Source of the DNA: Trichodelitschia bisporula
Lineage: Eukaryota
Direction: 5' to 3'
NCBI GenBank assembly: GCA_010356995.1
Contig: ML996689.1
Coordinates: forward strand, 1,258,691 to 1,322,690
Length of the DNA stretch: 64,000 nucleotides
A program made the position numbers and the translations under genes. The stretch's first letter is position 1, and every line of letters starts with the position of its first letter. Under the pieces are notes generated by a model. It worked only from the letters and a program-made list of their open reading frames with translations, did not search any database and was not told the DNA's origin. This document shows positions 25,131-37,781 of this stretch, in pieces.

Positions 25131-26627
25131 CGACTTCACTACGCTTCTGACTTCTCCCTCTGTCTAAGTGGGCGCGCTTCCACCATGCACGTCTGCACCT
25201 GCCTCATTCATCACCCAGCCCTTTCGTCTGCACGCTTTTGCTTCACCGTCGTCCAAGCGAAGACGCCATCGATCACTCTCTCCCAAAGCTCTCCCTAAGC
25301 TCCATCAGCCCCCAAAAGACTCCCAATTCAAGCATGCCTGTCATGACTAAGTCCATTCATGCAAGGCTTGAGATCTCCCCCTCATCCTCGCTGCTCACTC
25401 TCCCGCCAATGCGTGCTTCGTGACCCAGATCCCCGGTGCATTGCAGAGAAATGGCCGAAGCTCGTCCACATCCCACATTGACCGCATTCCATTAGCTCAT
25501 GCAACCCAGCTTCATACGCGGGGTGCGCAGTGCGGGGCGGAAAATTGTCCACGGGCCCGCTCGACCTGGCGACTGGGACGGCCCAGCTCGAGCACTCACT
25601 GCTATGCGATGCCATTGCGCGTGGGAAGCATGGGTCTGTCCTCTGCAAATCCCTCCAAGCACCCGTTCGTATCCAGATCCAGATCCTCCATCATCGCTTC
25701 AGCACCCCTTCAAGCATCTAGCCCTAATTTCCTGCCACGAACACTGGTCTCGTGCCCACGCCCTCAATACCATCAGCTCCCAAAGCGGCCGGCGTCCAGA
25801 TCTCTTGTGGACAATGCTTGTCCGCGAGGCCGCGCTCCACGCGAAAAGCCTTAACGTGCTTGTTTTGACAGTCCCTGCATCGAGTCCCCGCTCGTCATCC
25901 CATGCATCAAGTGCGTAGCCGAGCGTCCGGGCGCCGTCATTCGCTCGTCCTGTTCGTCTGACTCCAGACGAGGTGTTGGGCGGCGCTACGGCGCTACCTC
26001 CGTATCAACGGCGACCTATACCGAGGTCGGAGAAAAGTTTGAGGCCCGCGCTATTGGGTACGAGCTTGCGCGCGGGAGTTCGTCGGGCCTCCGAGGAGAT
26101 GAGCTTCCAGGCGCCTGGAGGGCGGGAGATGAGGTAATATCAAGCCCGTGACGGGTCCTAGCCCTCGACCAAAAGAGATGAAGCAGAGCAGTGGTGAATC
26201 CCGTCGCAACGAGGCTGCCTCCCGGCTCATCGTCACGATGACCCGAAGAGCACATGCCAACCTGCCATTCCCGTCCTCGACGGGACGCTCCGAACCCCAC
26301 CCACTCGCCTGACCGTATCCGTGCACACTTAGATCCCATGCGTGCCTTCTCGCGCCCAACATGGCTCGCGTTTAGCGCCCATTCAAAGAAGCATCGCGGA
26401 AAACGCAGCCCCAGATGTAGCGCGCCCCCGCTAGCGCGCACCAGCCCCGGCACCCGCGCCACAAAAACGGGCTAGCCCGCGCCAAGCACCCGCCCATCGC
26501 GAACCTCACGTCGCCCGGGCGAAACGCGTCGTCCTGCAAACAACCACTGTTTACGTACGGTGCGCCGCGGCCACCCATCTCACACCCCCTCTTCCATCCG
26601 CGAAAAAGGCTCTCTTCGCGTCGAGCC

Positions 26628-27776
26628 ATGGTCCACCCAACGCCCCCCCCGCCCCCGCAAGTCGAGCCCTTAGACACCATCCTGCGCCGCGGGCCGCCCG
26701 CCGGCGACGTGCCGGCCGGGCTCGCAGCGCTGCGGTACAAAGTGCTCGTTGACGGGATCCCGAGCAACAGCGATGGGATGGTGCGCTGCTCCCCCCTCCC
26801 CGAAAAAGTCCACTCATAAAGCCGAATCCTAACCCGATCTGTAGTCCGACCACCGCATCTACACCTGGCTCATCCTGCTCAACGCGCCCCCACTCCCCAC
26901 AGATACATACCTGGACCTCGTGCGGCAGGGCGCCAGCCCCGCACACGCCAAAATCCGCAATGACACGTTCCGCACCCTGGCTACGGACCCGCTGTTTCGC
27001 CGCAGAGTGACTGAGAACTCGCTTACCCGCGTGCTCAACGCTGCGAGCTGGAAGCTTCTGGACGCACATGAGGCGCGGGTGGGCGGGTGGATACGCAGTC
27101 CGGACGCGTCCTTCTCCGAGGAGGATGGGGGCCGGGGCACGCGATCGCAGCGCGCGAGTCTCGCCGGCAGCGCGGCGGGGAGCACGGCGGGTGAGGACAA
27201 ATCCGCATACGTGGGGTACGTACAGGGAATGAACGTGCTCGCGGCACCCTTCCTGTACACCGCGCGCAGCGAGGCGGAGGCCTTCGTCGCATTCGATGCG
27301 CTGCTTAGGCATGAGTTGCCCGGGTACATACGCGGGAGCATGGAGGGCGTGCATGCGGGGGTGCGGCTGGTGGATGAGGTGTTGGCCGTGTGTGATCCGA
27401 AGCTATATTCCCACTTGTTGAGTCGTGGGCTCAGGGCTGAGGTGTATGCTTTCCCGAGTGTGTTGACGCTGTGTGCGTGTACGCCGCCGTTGCCGGAGGT
27501 GTTGGCGCTGTGGGACTTTTTGCTGGCGTGTGGCGTGCATTTGAATGTTGTGGCGGTGGTGGCGCAGTTGGTGCTCATACGGGAGCAGGTGTTGGGTGCG
27601 GAGAGGTAGGCTCTTTTTTCCCTTTGCATCAGATTTAAGCTGACCATCATAGCCCGAACCAAATTTTGCGCTCGTTTCCCCCTCTACAGGCGGGTAAGAT
27701 CAAGGCGCTGACAATTAGCTTCGTGGCGCGCCTGCCGGACGAGTTGTACCGCCGGCTGATTGAGCATGTGCGGTAG
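26628..27776 (+). CDS. BUB2: Bub2/Cdc16 TBC-domain GAP (spindle checkpoint / septation initiation network)
   Basis: LRYKVLVDGIP, KIRNDTFRTLATDPLF, YVQGMNVLAAPFLY, YAFPSVLTLCACTPPLPEVL. Introns 26781-26844 and about 27606-27652. Confidence 0.95.
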
Positions 27777-29152
27777 GTGGTTTCGGGGTGGTATTGCATA
27801 ATCGGGCGCGAGCGACTTGCATCTGCATCTGCATTCCCAACCGGAGCTTCAAAATGGTGGAAAATCATGTTACGGTTTGAGCCGAGCATTTACGATCGAT
27901 TTTACGCGTTTGTTCTGCGGGCGTCGAGGTTGTTTTGCGCAAAATGATGATGGGTGGAGGTGGGATATATGACGCTACATTATGACGAGCAATGGTATCT
28001 GGCGCGCGGATTAGGGCGCTTGTGCCGTTTGTATCCCGTAAGCGCATCAGACGTACGGAAGTGTCTCCGCGTCCAAGCGCTTCCTACCCTCGACCCATGA
28101 CTCAATGGCTGCATCTGAGCCTTGAGGTAAAGGCACAGTTGGCAGTCTCAAGAATCGATGGCACCACCTCTCCGCCACCGCCATGCGGGGCAGATGTCGC
28201 CATCCAGAATGTCACTCGGCAAATGCGACAGGGTCGTTCGGGTAGGGCCGATCGCGCGGGGAGAGTTCGGAAAGCTCCTCCGGCTCTTAGGATGCTGGTT
28301 GTCCCCGGTTTCTACTCTGGCTTGATAGAACGCCGGTACTGTTAGGAGTATGGATGACTTCGCTCCTATGTGGCCAAACCTTTGGCAGCATAGCAATGTC
28401 GGCAAGGAATGACATGAGTTCTGGTTCCTCAACGATGCGTTGTCGGTATCCGCCTCAAGTCCCTGGAAATTTGAAAGGCACCGTTCTTGGTAGCCAAAGA
28501 GCAGTCTGTCCTCGGCCACATATCTCGAGACATAATGTACGAACTTCAAGCCATTGGGATGCTATCCACCTGCTCCCGCCGGTCCTGGTATTTACGTCCC
28601 TCGGGGATATCTGTTGTTGTCTACGGTCTCGTGAGTATGTAAATAGTAGGTAGAGTCGAAGGCGGGTCGTTTCATCTCCATCTTGGCGCACTTGGCAGCG
28701 GGTAGATCAGCCGCCTTACACAAAGTGACCAGTCACATTGGATGATAAGAATAGACCCAGGCCATCCACCAACCTCGAAGTGTGGGGTCAACGCCACTCG
28801 GCATGAACCTCACTCCTCCTCTCATTTGCAACAAACTCCGCGCGACGCCATCTCCGTCTCGGAGTAACCCAATATTGTCTCTGTAGCCGCAGAATGCCAC
28901 ACGGCGTACTTGTGCACTAAGCACTGCCACAGCAGTAGTGTTTCCATTGCCGATGATATGTATGGTCGACGGGAGTTCTCCAGTGCCATTGTACAGGCAC
29001 AGCCCTACACAAAATCTACGTTTAGAACGACCAGTTTGTCCCTGCATCATGCAGATCATTATACATTTGTATATATGCACACATCGTGGCTAACATGCTA
29101 ACTTTTGTCTCTTCCCCTCTTGATCGCGGTTTTCGATACAGACTCTGCCATC

Positions 29153-30960
29153 ATGAGTTCGCCTCCGTACACTCCCCTCGGAACGCAGTATGAACACCCT
29201 ATCCAAGGCCATGAGATGGGCGACTATTCTTCATCAACAGCGTCCGACAAGCGCGCCTTTGCGCAGGGGAACCTTATTCCAGCCCGCGGTCGGACGTCAT
29301 GGATTCTCGACGGGTGGATATGGGAGATCCTGGGTCTCATCCTCAGCATATGCTGCCTAGGCGCGCTGATCGGAATCCTCATTTGGGTGAACGGAAAACC
29401 ACTCAGCGACTGGGACGTGCCCATATCCCTTAACGCAACTGTCGCCGTCTTCTCCACCGTCATAAAATCCGTCCTGCTCATGGTAGTCGCCGAGTGCATC
29501 AGCCAGCTGAAATGGTTCCACTTCGGTCGCATGCACACTCTGTACGACATGGAACTCTTCGACCAGGCCAGCCGTGGCCCATACGGCTCCATGATACTAC
29601 TGCTCAAGGTCCGGAACGTACTCGCATGGTTGGGCGCTATCATCACCATCGTCGCACTGGCCATCGATCCCTTTTCACAGCAGATCCTCGCGTTTCCGCA
29701 GCGCGATGTCGTGCAGAACAATGCTTCGGTCGCGAAGTTTGGCTTCTCGCACTCGTTTTACTCGGGCGCCATTGCGTCCGGCCTCGGAGGCTTTGGGTAC
29801 TACGGACAGCGTACGTATATCCTGATCGCCTTTTCACTCCACCTAACATGTGTCTAGAATGGGCCCAGGACGTGCAAATGCGTGGCGCTATTGCGAGGGG
29901 TCTCTATGGCATTGACGTTTCCCCTCAATTCACCTGTGCCTCGTCCTGTACATGGCCCGGCCCGTACGTGACGCTCGGCTACACCAGCACCTGTCAAAAC
30001 GTCACGGAAGCGTCCCTCAAGACCATGAAGTGCGGCAGAGACAAGGGTGGCGGTGGTTCTGTATGCAATATGACCACGCCGCGGGGCATTGACCTGCAAG
30101 TGGTGTTTATCCCAACGGAGATCGCCACGGTGCTCTACGTCAATTCCACAGCCGAGATGATGCATTTTCGGTTTGATGCCAACCAGAATGTTCGGGCCAA
30201 TGCGTCGAATGAAGTCATCGCTTTTGCCGTGTATCAACGGAATGCAAAAGATGCAGAGAATCCCCCAACGAACGTGACAGCGGCGCAGGAGATTGTCGAG
30301 TGTCAGATCCGCCACGTCGCACACAAATACTCCAACCTCAGCACCAGCGGCCCAACCCTCAACATCGGAAAGACAGAAGTGATCGACTTGCCAGTGGGAA
30401 TCTACGAGGATCGCCCTGACCGGCCCATCTGGTTCAACCACACGGATCTCCCGGCTCTCAGCATCAACGCCGTCGACTGGCAATCGGTGCAGGACTATTT
30501 ACTGCGCGGCATTTTCAACGGCACCATCTTCGCCGGCGGCCAGCCGTCCCAAGAAGCCATCGTGCAAGCCGCCGGCTTTTTTGGCAAGAACGTGACCAGT
30601 ATCGTCGAGCGCATGACGGCCAGTATGACGGAGCGTCTGCGCACGGGGCCGCAGCAGCAGGCGGCTACTGGCATCACCATGGGCTCTCAGCCGTTTGTGC
30701 ATGTACGCTGGGTTTGGATGTCGCTGTCTATTATTACGGCAGTGCTGGTTGCGCTGCTGTTGCTTGCAACGGCGCTATATCGCGGCAATGGGAGGGAGAC
30801 GGCGCTGTGGAAGAGTTCGGCGGCGGCACTGCTGTTTTATCAGCTTGAGGGGTGGCAGTCGAATGCTGTTATTCCTACGAGGACGGTGTTGGAGGAGCAG
30901 ACGAAGGTGTTGCGGGCGAAGCTGGATAATAAGGGGACTATGAGCTTTACGGCTGGCTAG
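29153..30960 (+). CDS. DUF3176-like fungal membrane protein
   Basis: W.WEI..., SLNATVAVFST, ISQLKWFHF, FDQASRGPYGS, AIDPFSQQ, VHVRWVW, LWKSS. Intron 29811-29857. Confidence 0.85.
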
Positions 30961-31454
30961 ACTGGGAAGGGTCGCGGGAGATGACGAATGAGGTTTACGA
31001 ACTGGGCATCTGAAAAAGGACGCCCTGGGTGAGGATGAGTCGACCATACGTCTGCGTTTCGGTGAAAAGAACTGGATTCGTCAACGATTTTGGCGATGAG
31101 CACATCGACTCAAGACTGACCACACCCTTAAAAGGGAAAGGGCGTGATGATGGAAGCAGGCGTAGAAGAGGCCTGGATTATGAGTGCAAAGTTAGAGCCA
31201 CAAAGCAATAGGCAATCAAGCATAGACCAATATAGACTCCAATTCAACTCTACTCACTACCTTATCCGCTCCTCAAACCCCAGTATCAGATCTTCAACTC
31301 TGTACGGTATGACCTCACCCCGTCAGCATCTCACGCCAACACCCCTGCTCCGATCTCGCTCCACTTATATCTCCAACCCCATCCCCATCCATCAACATGT
31401 AAATTTATATCGATACATTCCACTCACGTTCCCACGCCGGAAACCTCATCCCAA

Positions 31455-32338
31455 ATGGCCGAACCCGACCCCTCCCCCCCCGGCACCGGCTTCTGGCTCT
31501 TCGGCTACGGGTCCCTCATCTGGAAACCCCCGCCCCACTACGACGCCCGCCTCCCCGGCTACATAGAAGGCTACGTGCGGCGCTTTTGGCAGGTACGGGC
31601 CCCCGCTCCTTCCTCACCAACAACACTCATCCGTTAGGCCAGGTACGTCCACCGTCCCTTCCCGAAGAGACATCCTATTCCACCCTTAATACTCACAATC
31701 CTCACCGCGTCCCTCTAACCTAACCCACACCGCGCAGCGAAGATCACCGCGGCACGCCCGCCGCCCCCGGCCGCGTGGTGACGCTGATCGACCGCGCACA
31801 CTACGCGGGCCTAGTCGATCCACACCCGGAGCCGGCTGATAGCCTCGTCTGGGGCGCGGCGTACCACATCCCCGCCGAGCACGATGCGTTCGTGCGGGAG
31901 TATCTCGACATCCGCGAAGTTAACGGGTACACGATCCAGTACACGGACTTCCACCCTTCGCCATCACCCACCCCCAACCCCGCCCCCATCCGGACCCTGG
32001 TGTATATTGGGTTGCCATCGAATCCGCAGTTCGTCGGGCCGCAGGAGCCGGATGCGCTGGCGAGGCATATACTGCGGAGCATGGGGCCGAGTGGCGAGAA
32101 TAGGGAGTATTTGTTTGAGTTGTATGCTGCGCTGGAGGGGTTGGGGCCGGAGAGTGGGGATGGGCATGTGAAGGATTTGGTGCGGCGAGCTGGGATGCTC
32201 GAGGGAAGGGGTTTTGGGGGGGAGGGGAAAGGGGCGGAGGGGATGGAGTGCGGGGTTGGGTTAGAGGAGGCGGGGACGGAGGAGGGGGAGAAGGGGATTG
32301 GGCTTGAGCAGGTACCGACGACAGAGGAGGAGAAGTGA
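31455..32338 (+). CDS. ChaC glutathione-specific gamma-glutamylcyclotransferase
   Basis: FWLFGYGSLIWKP, RRFWQ|AS|EDHRGTP, YLDIREVNGY, GPSGENREYL. Introns 31593-31637 and 31643-31737 flank a 5-nt microexon. Confidence 0.93.
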
Positions 32339-32568
32339 AGTGGTGATAGTGCTGAGGGGTCGCTTGCTTAGAGGGCGTGAAGAGGAGCAGGACTAGACGA
32401 ATAGACGTTCATTGACCGCGCCTCGGAGCTATGGTACACCACAATGAAAACAGGAAGGAAAATACACATCGCACATCACACCACTCCATTCGCATTTCGA
32501 TCAACGGCGGCCCATGAATACCACATAAAGACACATGTGACTCTTCCCCTTCCATTCCCTCTCCACCT

Positions 32569-34436
32569 CTACCACGCCCCGATATCAAAGTACTCCTCCC
32601 CGTAATACGAGACAACCACCGTACGATCCGCAAACTTCCGCCCGGCCAAGCCACGCATCGCCTTTTGCGCGCTCTCCGGCGCCGCAAACTTGACGTAGAT
32701 CTTACCGACGCCCGGGTTTGTGCGCGCGCCGCTGGGACGCGGGATCTTGACTTCGAGGACGGGGCCGAATTTTTCACACTCAGTTTTGACATCATCACAA
32801 ATCTCTGCGCGGGGGTTAGCATTCCGTACAAAGCGGTGATGAAAAAGGGGAAGCGCACCTTCATACTCGTCGTTGTCCATTAGCTCCTCAGCCGTAACCA
32901 TGTTCATCAGCTGGATCACGCGGCCCTGCTCGAGGTCGGTGGCCGTCGTGCCCGCGAGCATGGACATGGCGTTGACGCTCATTTCGAGACCGGCGGCTTG
33001 CTGTACGCCGATGCTGGCGCGCTTGACTTGCAGATGATCGTCGCCCAGCTCCATACCATTGAGGCCCTCGACGGCGATCTCAGTGACGGCGGGGTCGGCG
33101 TACTCGCAGAAGGCAATTCCCTGTTTAGTTAGCCTGGTTTGTACGAAACAGAGTTGGGGGGGAGCTTACCCGGGATTGCTCAGAGGATTGATCCTTGACG
33201 AGCACAAAGGCCTTGAGCTCGCCAAACGCGACCAGCAGCTCAGTGACTTGGTTGTCGGTGAGATAGAGGGGAATGTGAGAGACGCAGATCTTGTTGACGG
33301 AGTCCTTAACTTCGCTCGAGATACCACCCTCTGTAGACGGCTGCTCATCCTCCGCAGCAGCCGGCACGATGTAGTCCTTGGGACGACGAATGACAAGGCC
33401 TGACCGGTCGCCGTTCGCTGCGCCGTTGTGCGCCATCGCATCGGGATCCTCCATAGTTATCCCATCCAGGGCGAGCGCGACCGTCGCATCACTGGGTTGC
33501 TTGAACTCCAGCAGAGCGTAGGAACGGTCCGCCGAGATCTGAGCCAATGTGCAAGGATCCGGTGCGCTGATGACGTTCAGGCCGTTAAGTTGCAGGTTGA
33601 AGAACTCCAGGATGCTCTCGTTCGTGGCACTGGCCGGGAAATTGTTGATGAAGAGACGCTTCGACTGCCGCGCGTGCGTGGGCTTCAGCGACGCAGGAGC
33701 AGCGATACCGGAAGGAGCGTTGATAAAGGCCTGCAGACGACTCGGGTCCATCGGTTGCTGGCGCGGCTGCCCGGGAAGGGGAAACATGCCCGACAGCTTA
33801 GCCTGCTCAGCGGTGACATTCTCGTAACCGGGGGGCTTGAGATCCCACTGCGGCATGCGACGCGGCTTCGTCAGGACGGACACCACATCCGTCAAGTCTG
33901 GCGTGGGCTCCTTTTTCTTCGGCTGCTGCGGCGACAAGCTCCGCTTACGCTCCTGGCCACGGCCACCATCACGATCCCCCCGGCGGCCACCTCCGCGCCT
34001 ATCATCGAACAAATCACCCCGATCCCGCCGTCCGGCGCGGTCACCTTCCTCTTCACCACCGCGCCTGTCGCGCCGTGGTGCCCGGTCTCGATCCCAGCCA
34101 CGATCCTCGCGCCGCTCCCGGCCTGCGTACCTGTCCTCGCGCTCGCGGGCCCGGTAGTCCCGGCTCGAGGAGTACGTATCACCGTCGTAGTCGCGGCGGG
34201 CGGTGCGGTGGCCGCCTGGCGAGCGGGAACGGCGCCTGTCGCTGCGATCGCGGTCGCCGCGGCGGTCGTCTCTGTCGCCGCGGGAGGACTGGTGGGTTAG
34301 CAAGCTTGGCGGTGGCATCGCGAGGGGAGGGACGTACATGATAGTCTCTACCTGAGCCTTGGCGGCCTCCTGTACTGACGTTAGAATTGAACTGAGGTCG
34401 GATTGAATGCGACAAACCCCTAACAGCACCGTTCAT
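32569..34436 (-). CDS. U2AF2: U2AF large subunit (U2AF65/Prp2)
   Basis: RS-rich N-terminus, WDLKPPGYENVTAEQAKLSGMFPLPG, two RRMs, C-terminal UHM (GVGKIYVKF, LAGRKFADRTVV); four short introns. Confidence 0.95.
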
Positions 34437-34810
34437 TGCTGCGGATTGCCGTCGCCTCTATCGGTGATGATGCGAGTTTTGCTTGGTGTTGCAACTGCAA
34501 AAGGTGCGAATCCAAGTTTGATGACCGTGTCCACTTGAAAAATGATGCAAAGTGGTGGACTGGGTGTGTCGTGAAGTGGTGCTGCCCTTGAACTTGGGAC
34601 CGGCGGAGGCTCTTCACAGTTTCGCGCTTGGGAAGAACTGACACCCAATCACTCTCTAATGGCTCTGGTGGCTGGCTTCCGTCTAAGGGAGTTTCGCGTC
34701 CAAGCGTCGGGGGGCTTGGCATTGAGGTTCAACGCGTTTGCGCGTCGGCTCGCTGTGGCGGAGCACTGTGTGAATCGAACACTGCACATCATACTTGAGT
34801 CTAAAAAATC

Positions 34811-36084
34811 ATGGACAATTGGAAGAAGCTTCCTGTTAGCTTGACTGAGCTGTGTATTAATACTACGTTGCGCTGCGGTCAGTCGTTCAGGTGAGCGGCC
34901 CAAACTTTCCATGCTCGTCCCCATGCTGAACCCCTTCAAGATGGCGAAAGTCAGCAGACGATGAATGGTCTTGCGCTCTTCATGGACGCATAATCTCTCT
35001 GCGACAAGATCCCAAGCATCTCCACTACCGCGCCATATTCCCCTCCGCCTCAAGCAGTCTATCAACCCCACACGCACAAGATGATGATACCCTCGCCCTC
35101 CTCAGACACTACCTGAACCTCGAGCCTAACCTCAAAGAACTCTACGAGCGATGGGCTGCTGCAGACCCCAATTTCAAGAAGAAAGCTCCACAGTTCGCGG
35201 GTGTCCGAATACTCAAACAAGACGCATGGGAGGCACTCGTAGGCTTCATCTGCTCGAGTAACAACAACATTGTGCGGATATCACAGATGGTCAGCAAACT
35301 ATGCATGCACTACGGGCCGCTGATTGGCAAGATCGGTGCAGAAACCTACCATGACTTTCCCCAGCCGAAGGCGCTCGCTGGGCCGAAGGTCGAGCAGCAC
35401 TTGCGAGAGCTGGGATTCGGCTACCGGGCCAAGTACCTGCACAAGACGGCGGTCATGGTCGAAGAGAGGGGAATGGGATGGCTCGAAGGCTTGAGAAATC
35501 CTGAGAGCCCTATCCTTGGGCAGAAGCCATCTCCTGCAGGAGAACTCGTGGAAGGCGGACGAGAAGGATATCGGCGAGCTCATGAGGAGCTACTCCAGCT
35601 ACAAGGTGTAGGCCCCAAGGTGGCGGACTGCGTTTGCCTGATGGGCTTGGGCTGGGGCGAATCTGTCCCCATCGATACTCATGGTGAGCGCTTTGACACC
35701 CTTCCATGAGACCAACGTGCTGACCCGACAGTGTGGCAAATTGCTGTCCGCGACTACAAGTTCGGCAAGGGGAAGAACTCGAGCCTGACCAAGGCGACGT
35801 ACGACGCAGTTGCGAACCGCTTCCGTGCGCTGTGGGGAAAAGAGGCAGGGTGGGCACATTCGGTACTCTTTACGGCAGATCTCAAGGCCTTCTCAGAGCG
35901 CTTGACGACCAAGGTCGAAAAGGTCGAGGAAACGGTGAAGTTGGAGGATGATTCTACTGTCGTCGAATCCACCCTCAAGAAAGAAGTGAAAAAAACGAGC
36001 ATCAAGCGGGAGTTAGAAGAGGAGAAGCTCCTGGAGGTTGAAGAGACCACGGTTAGGCGATCTAAGCGGAGGAAGAAGGCTTGA
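34811..36084 (+). CDS. OGG1: 8-oxoguanine DNA glycosylase Ogg1
   Basis: MDNWKKLPVSLTELCINTTLRCGQSFR|W, FICSSNNNIVRI, HhH-GPD motif LQGVGPKVADCVCLM..VPIDTH; two introns. Confidence 0.96.
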
Positions 36085-36638
36085 GGCACTGATGTTCAGT
36101 TGCTTGATTTTCAAATGATACCCCCTTTGCGCTTAACACGAACCTGCAAGGAAGTTCAGTACGGCTCATCGTGAAGGCATTCATGCCACAGCAGTTGCCA
36201 TGCCATCCATGGGTAACAATCCATGCCCATGGGTGCCAAGAGCTTATGGGTGTGACTATGTGCAACGTCACTGCCTGATAACCCGGATGCGATGGTTACA
36301 AGAAGAAATCCGCCACGGCAACTGAGCTAGATCCATCAACGTGTACCACTGCTGATCTTATTGCTTTCAGCAGAACAATGTGTTTACAGCGTTCATCGAA
36401 GTATTCCCTTCTTCTCACATTCACAGCCTGACTGCAACCTGCCGCATTACGTCATCTGTCGCGACTACGCAATTCGTCAGTTGGGCATCAGCGATCGCTC
36501 ATCAAGCAACCACATCGAACCACAACTCACAAGCATTAAAGATCATCCAAGCCATTTACCAAACAAGCAGCCGGTTTGGCGCCAAAACTCTTCTCCTCTC
36601 TCCGCGGCGCACTCAACCGCCAGCCTCGCAGCACGAAA

Positions 36639-37781
36639 ATGGCTGCCCCGCAGTCGCAGTCTCAGTCGCACCCGCCGCGGTATTTTCGGAACCAGGAGGA
36701 GCTGAGAAGTAGGGATCCGCACAAGCAGCTCATCGCATCGCTTACGCGCCTTGTGACGGAACACCCGCCCGCCCAAGTTACGCCCGGTGGTGGGCTCTTC
36801 TACGGACCCGTCTCGGTGGCCTACCTCTTCTTCGTGCTCAGCCGCCTGTACCCTCAGCTGGAGATCGAGAAGGTCGCACTGGGAGAGTGGGCCGCACGCT
36901 ACCTGAAGCATGCGCAGGGCTTCATGAAGGATTACCCCGGTCCTGAGGCCAGCCGTTGCGGGGTCAATGACGATGTCATGGCTATGGTCGCCATTGACGC
37001 CGCCGGGACGCTGGATCCGGACCTCGTGAAGGAGCTCTGCAAGTTTGTAGACGTCACCGCTTACCCCGAGGCGAGCGACGAGTGGCTCTACGGAAGAGCG
37101 GGGTATCTGTATCTCTTACGGCTGGTCAAGGCGTGCTTCCTCAACGACACCCCGACTCTTGAGCTCATCGAAGACACGGCGGACGAGGTGATTGAAGCTA
37201 TCATGGAGTCGCCCCGCCCGTGGAAGTGGCACGGCAAGGCCTACGTCGGGGCTGTCCACGGCTCAATCGGCATCATCACGCAGGTTGTGCTTACCGACCC
37301 CTCGTGGGCGCCAAAGTTGGAAGCCGATTTGGGCGCGCTGCTCAGCTACCAGTACGACAGCGGGAACTGGCCGTCATCGATTCCGCCGAACAAGGACAAG
37401 CTGGTGCAAGTATGTCATGGCGCGCCGGGTGTCATTATCTCGCTTGAATCCATCAAGCAGCACTTCCCGAAGCTCAAGAAGGACATTGAGCGCGCGATCG
37501 AAAAGGGACGCGCGTGCATCTTGGAGCGGGGCTTGCTGACCAAAGAGCCATGCCTCTGCCATGGGATTTCGGGAAACGCACTCGCGCTGGAGCAGGATCA
37601 TTTCGAGCACTTCCTGTCGTACACTACGGGGGGTGAGATGAAGCTGCTGGAGCGCGATGGCATGATGGAGAAGTCAGACGACCCCTCTGGTCTTTGGACA
37701 GGCGAAGCAGGTCGTGCGTGGGCGTGGGCGGTTGCAGACAAGGGGCTGGAGAAGCGGCTGCTGGGATACAACGATATCTGA
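36639..37781 (+). CDS. LanC-like (LANCL) protein, intronless
   Basis: DEWLYGRAGYL, GAVHGSIGI, QVCHGAPG, CLCHGISGN (zinc-binding Cys/Cys-His motifs of the lanthionine synthetase C-like family). Confidence 0.9.
   Translation: MAAPQSQSQSHPPRYFRNQEELRSRDPHKQLIASLTRLVTEHPPAQVTPGGGLFYGPVSVAYLFFVLSRLYPQLEIEKVALGEWAARYLKHAQGFMKDYPGPEASRCGVNDDVMAMVAIDAAGTLDPDLVKELCKFVDVTAYPEASDEWLYGRAGYLYLLRLVKACFLNDTPTLELIEDTADEVIEAIMESPRPWKWHGKAYVGAVHGSIGIITQVVLTDPSWAPKLEADLGALLSYQYDSGNWPSSIPPNKDKLVQVCHGAPGVIISLESIKQHFPKLKKDIERAIEKGRACILERGLLTKEPCLCHGISGNALALEQDHFEHFLSYTTGGEMKLLERDGMMEKSDDPSGLWTGEAGRAWAWAVADKGLEKRLLGYNDI

Noticed and set aside
36576..37781. Lanthipeptide (RiPP) biosynthetic cluster
   Set aside because: Stand-alone LANCL genes are common in eukaryotes; no dehydratase/kinase, precursor peptide or exporter is adjacent.
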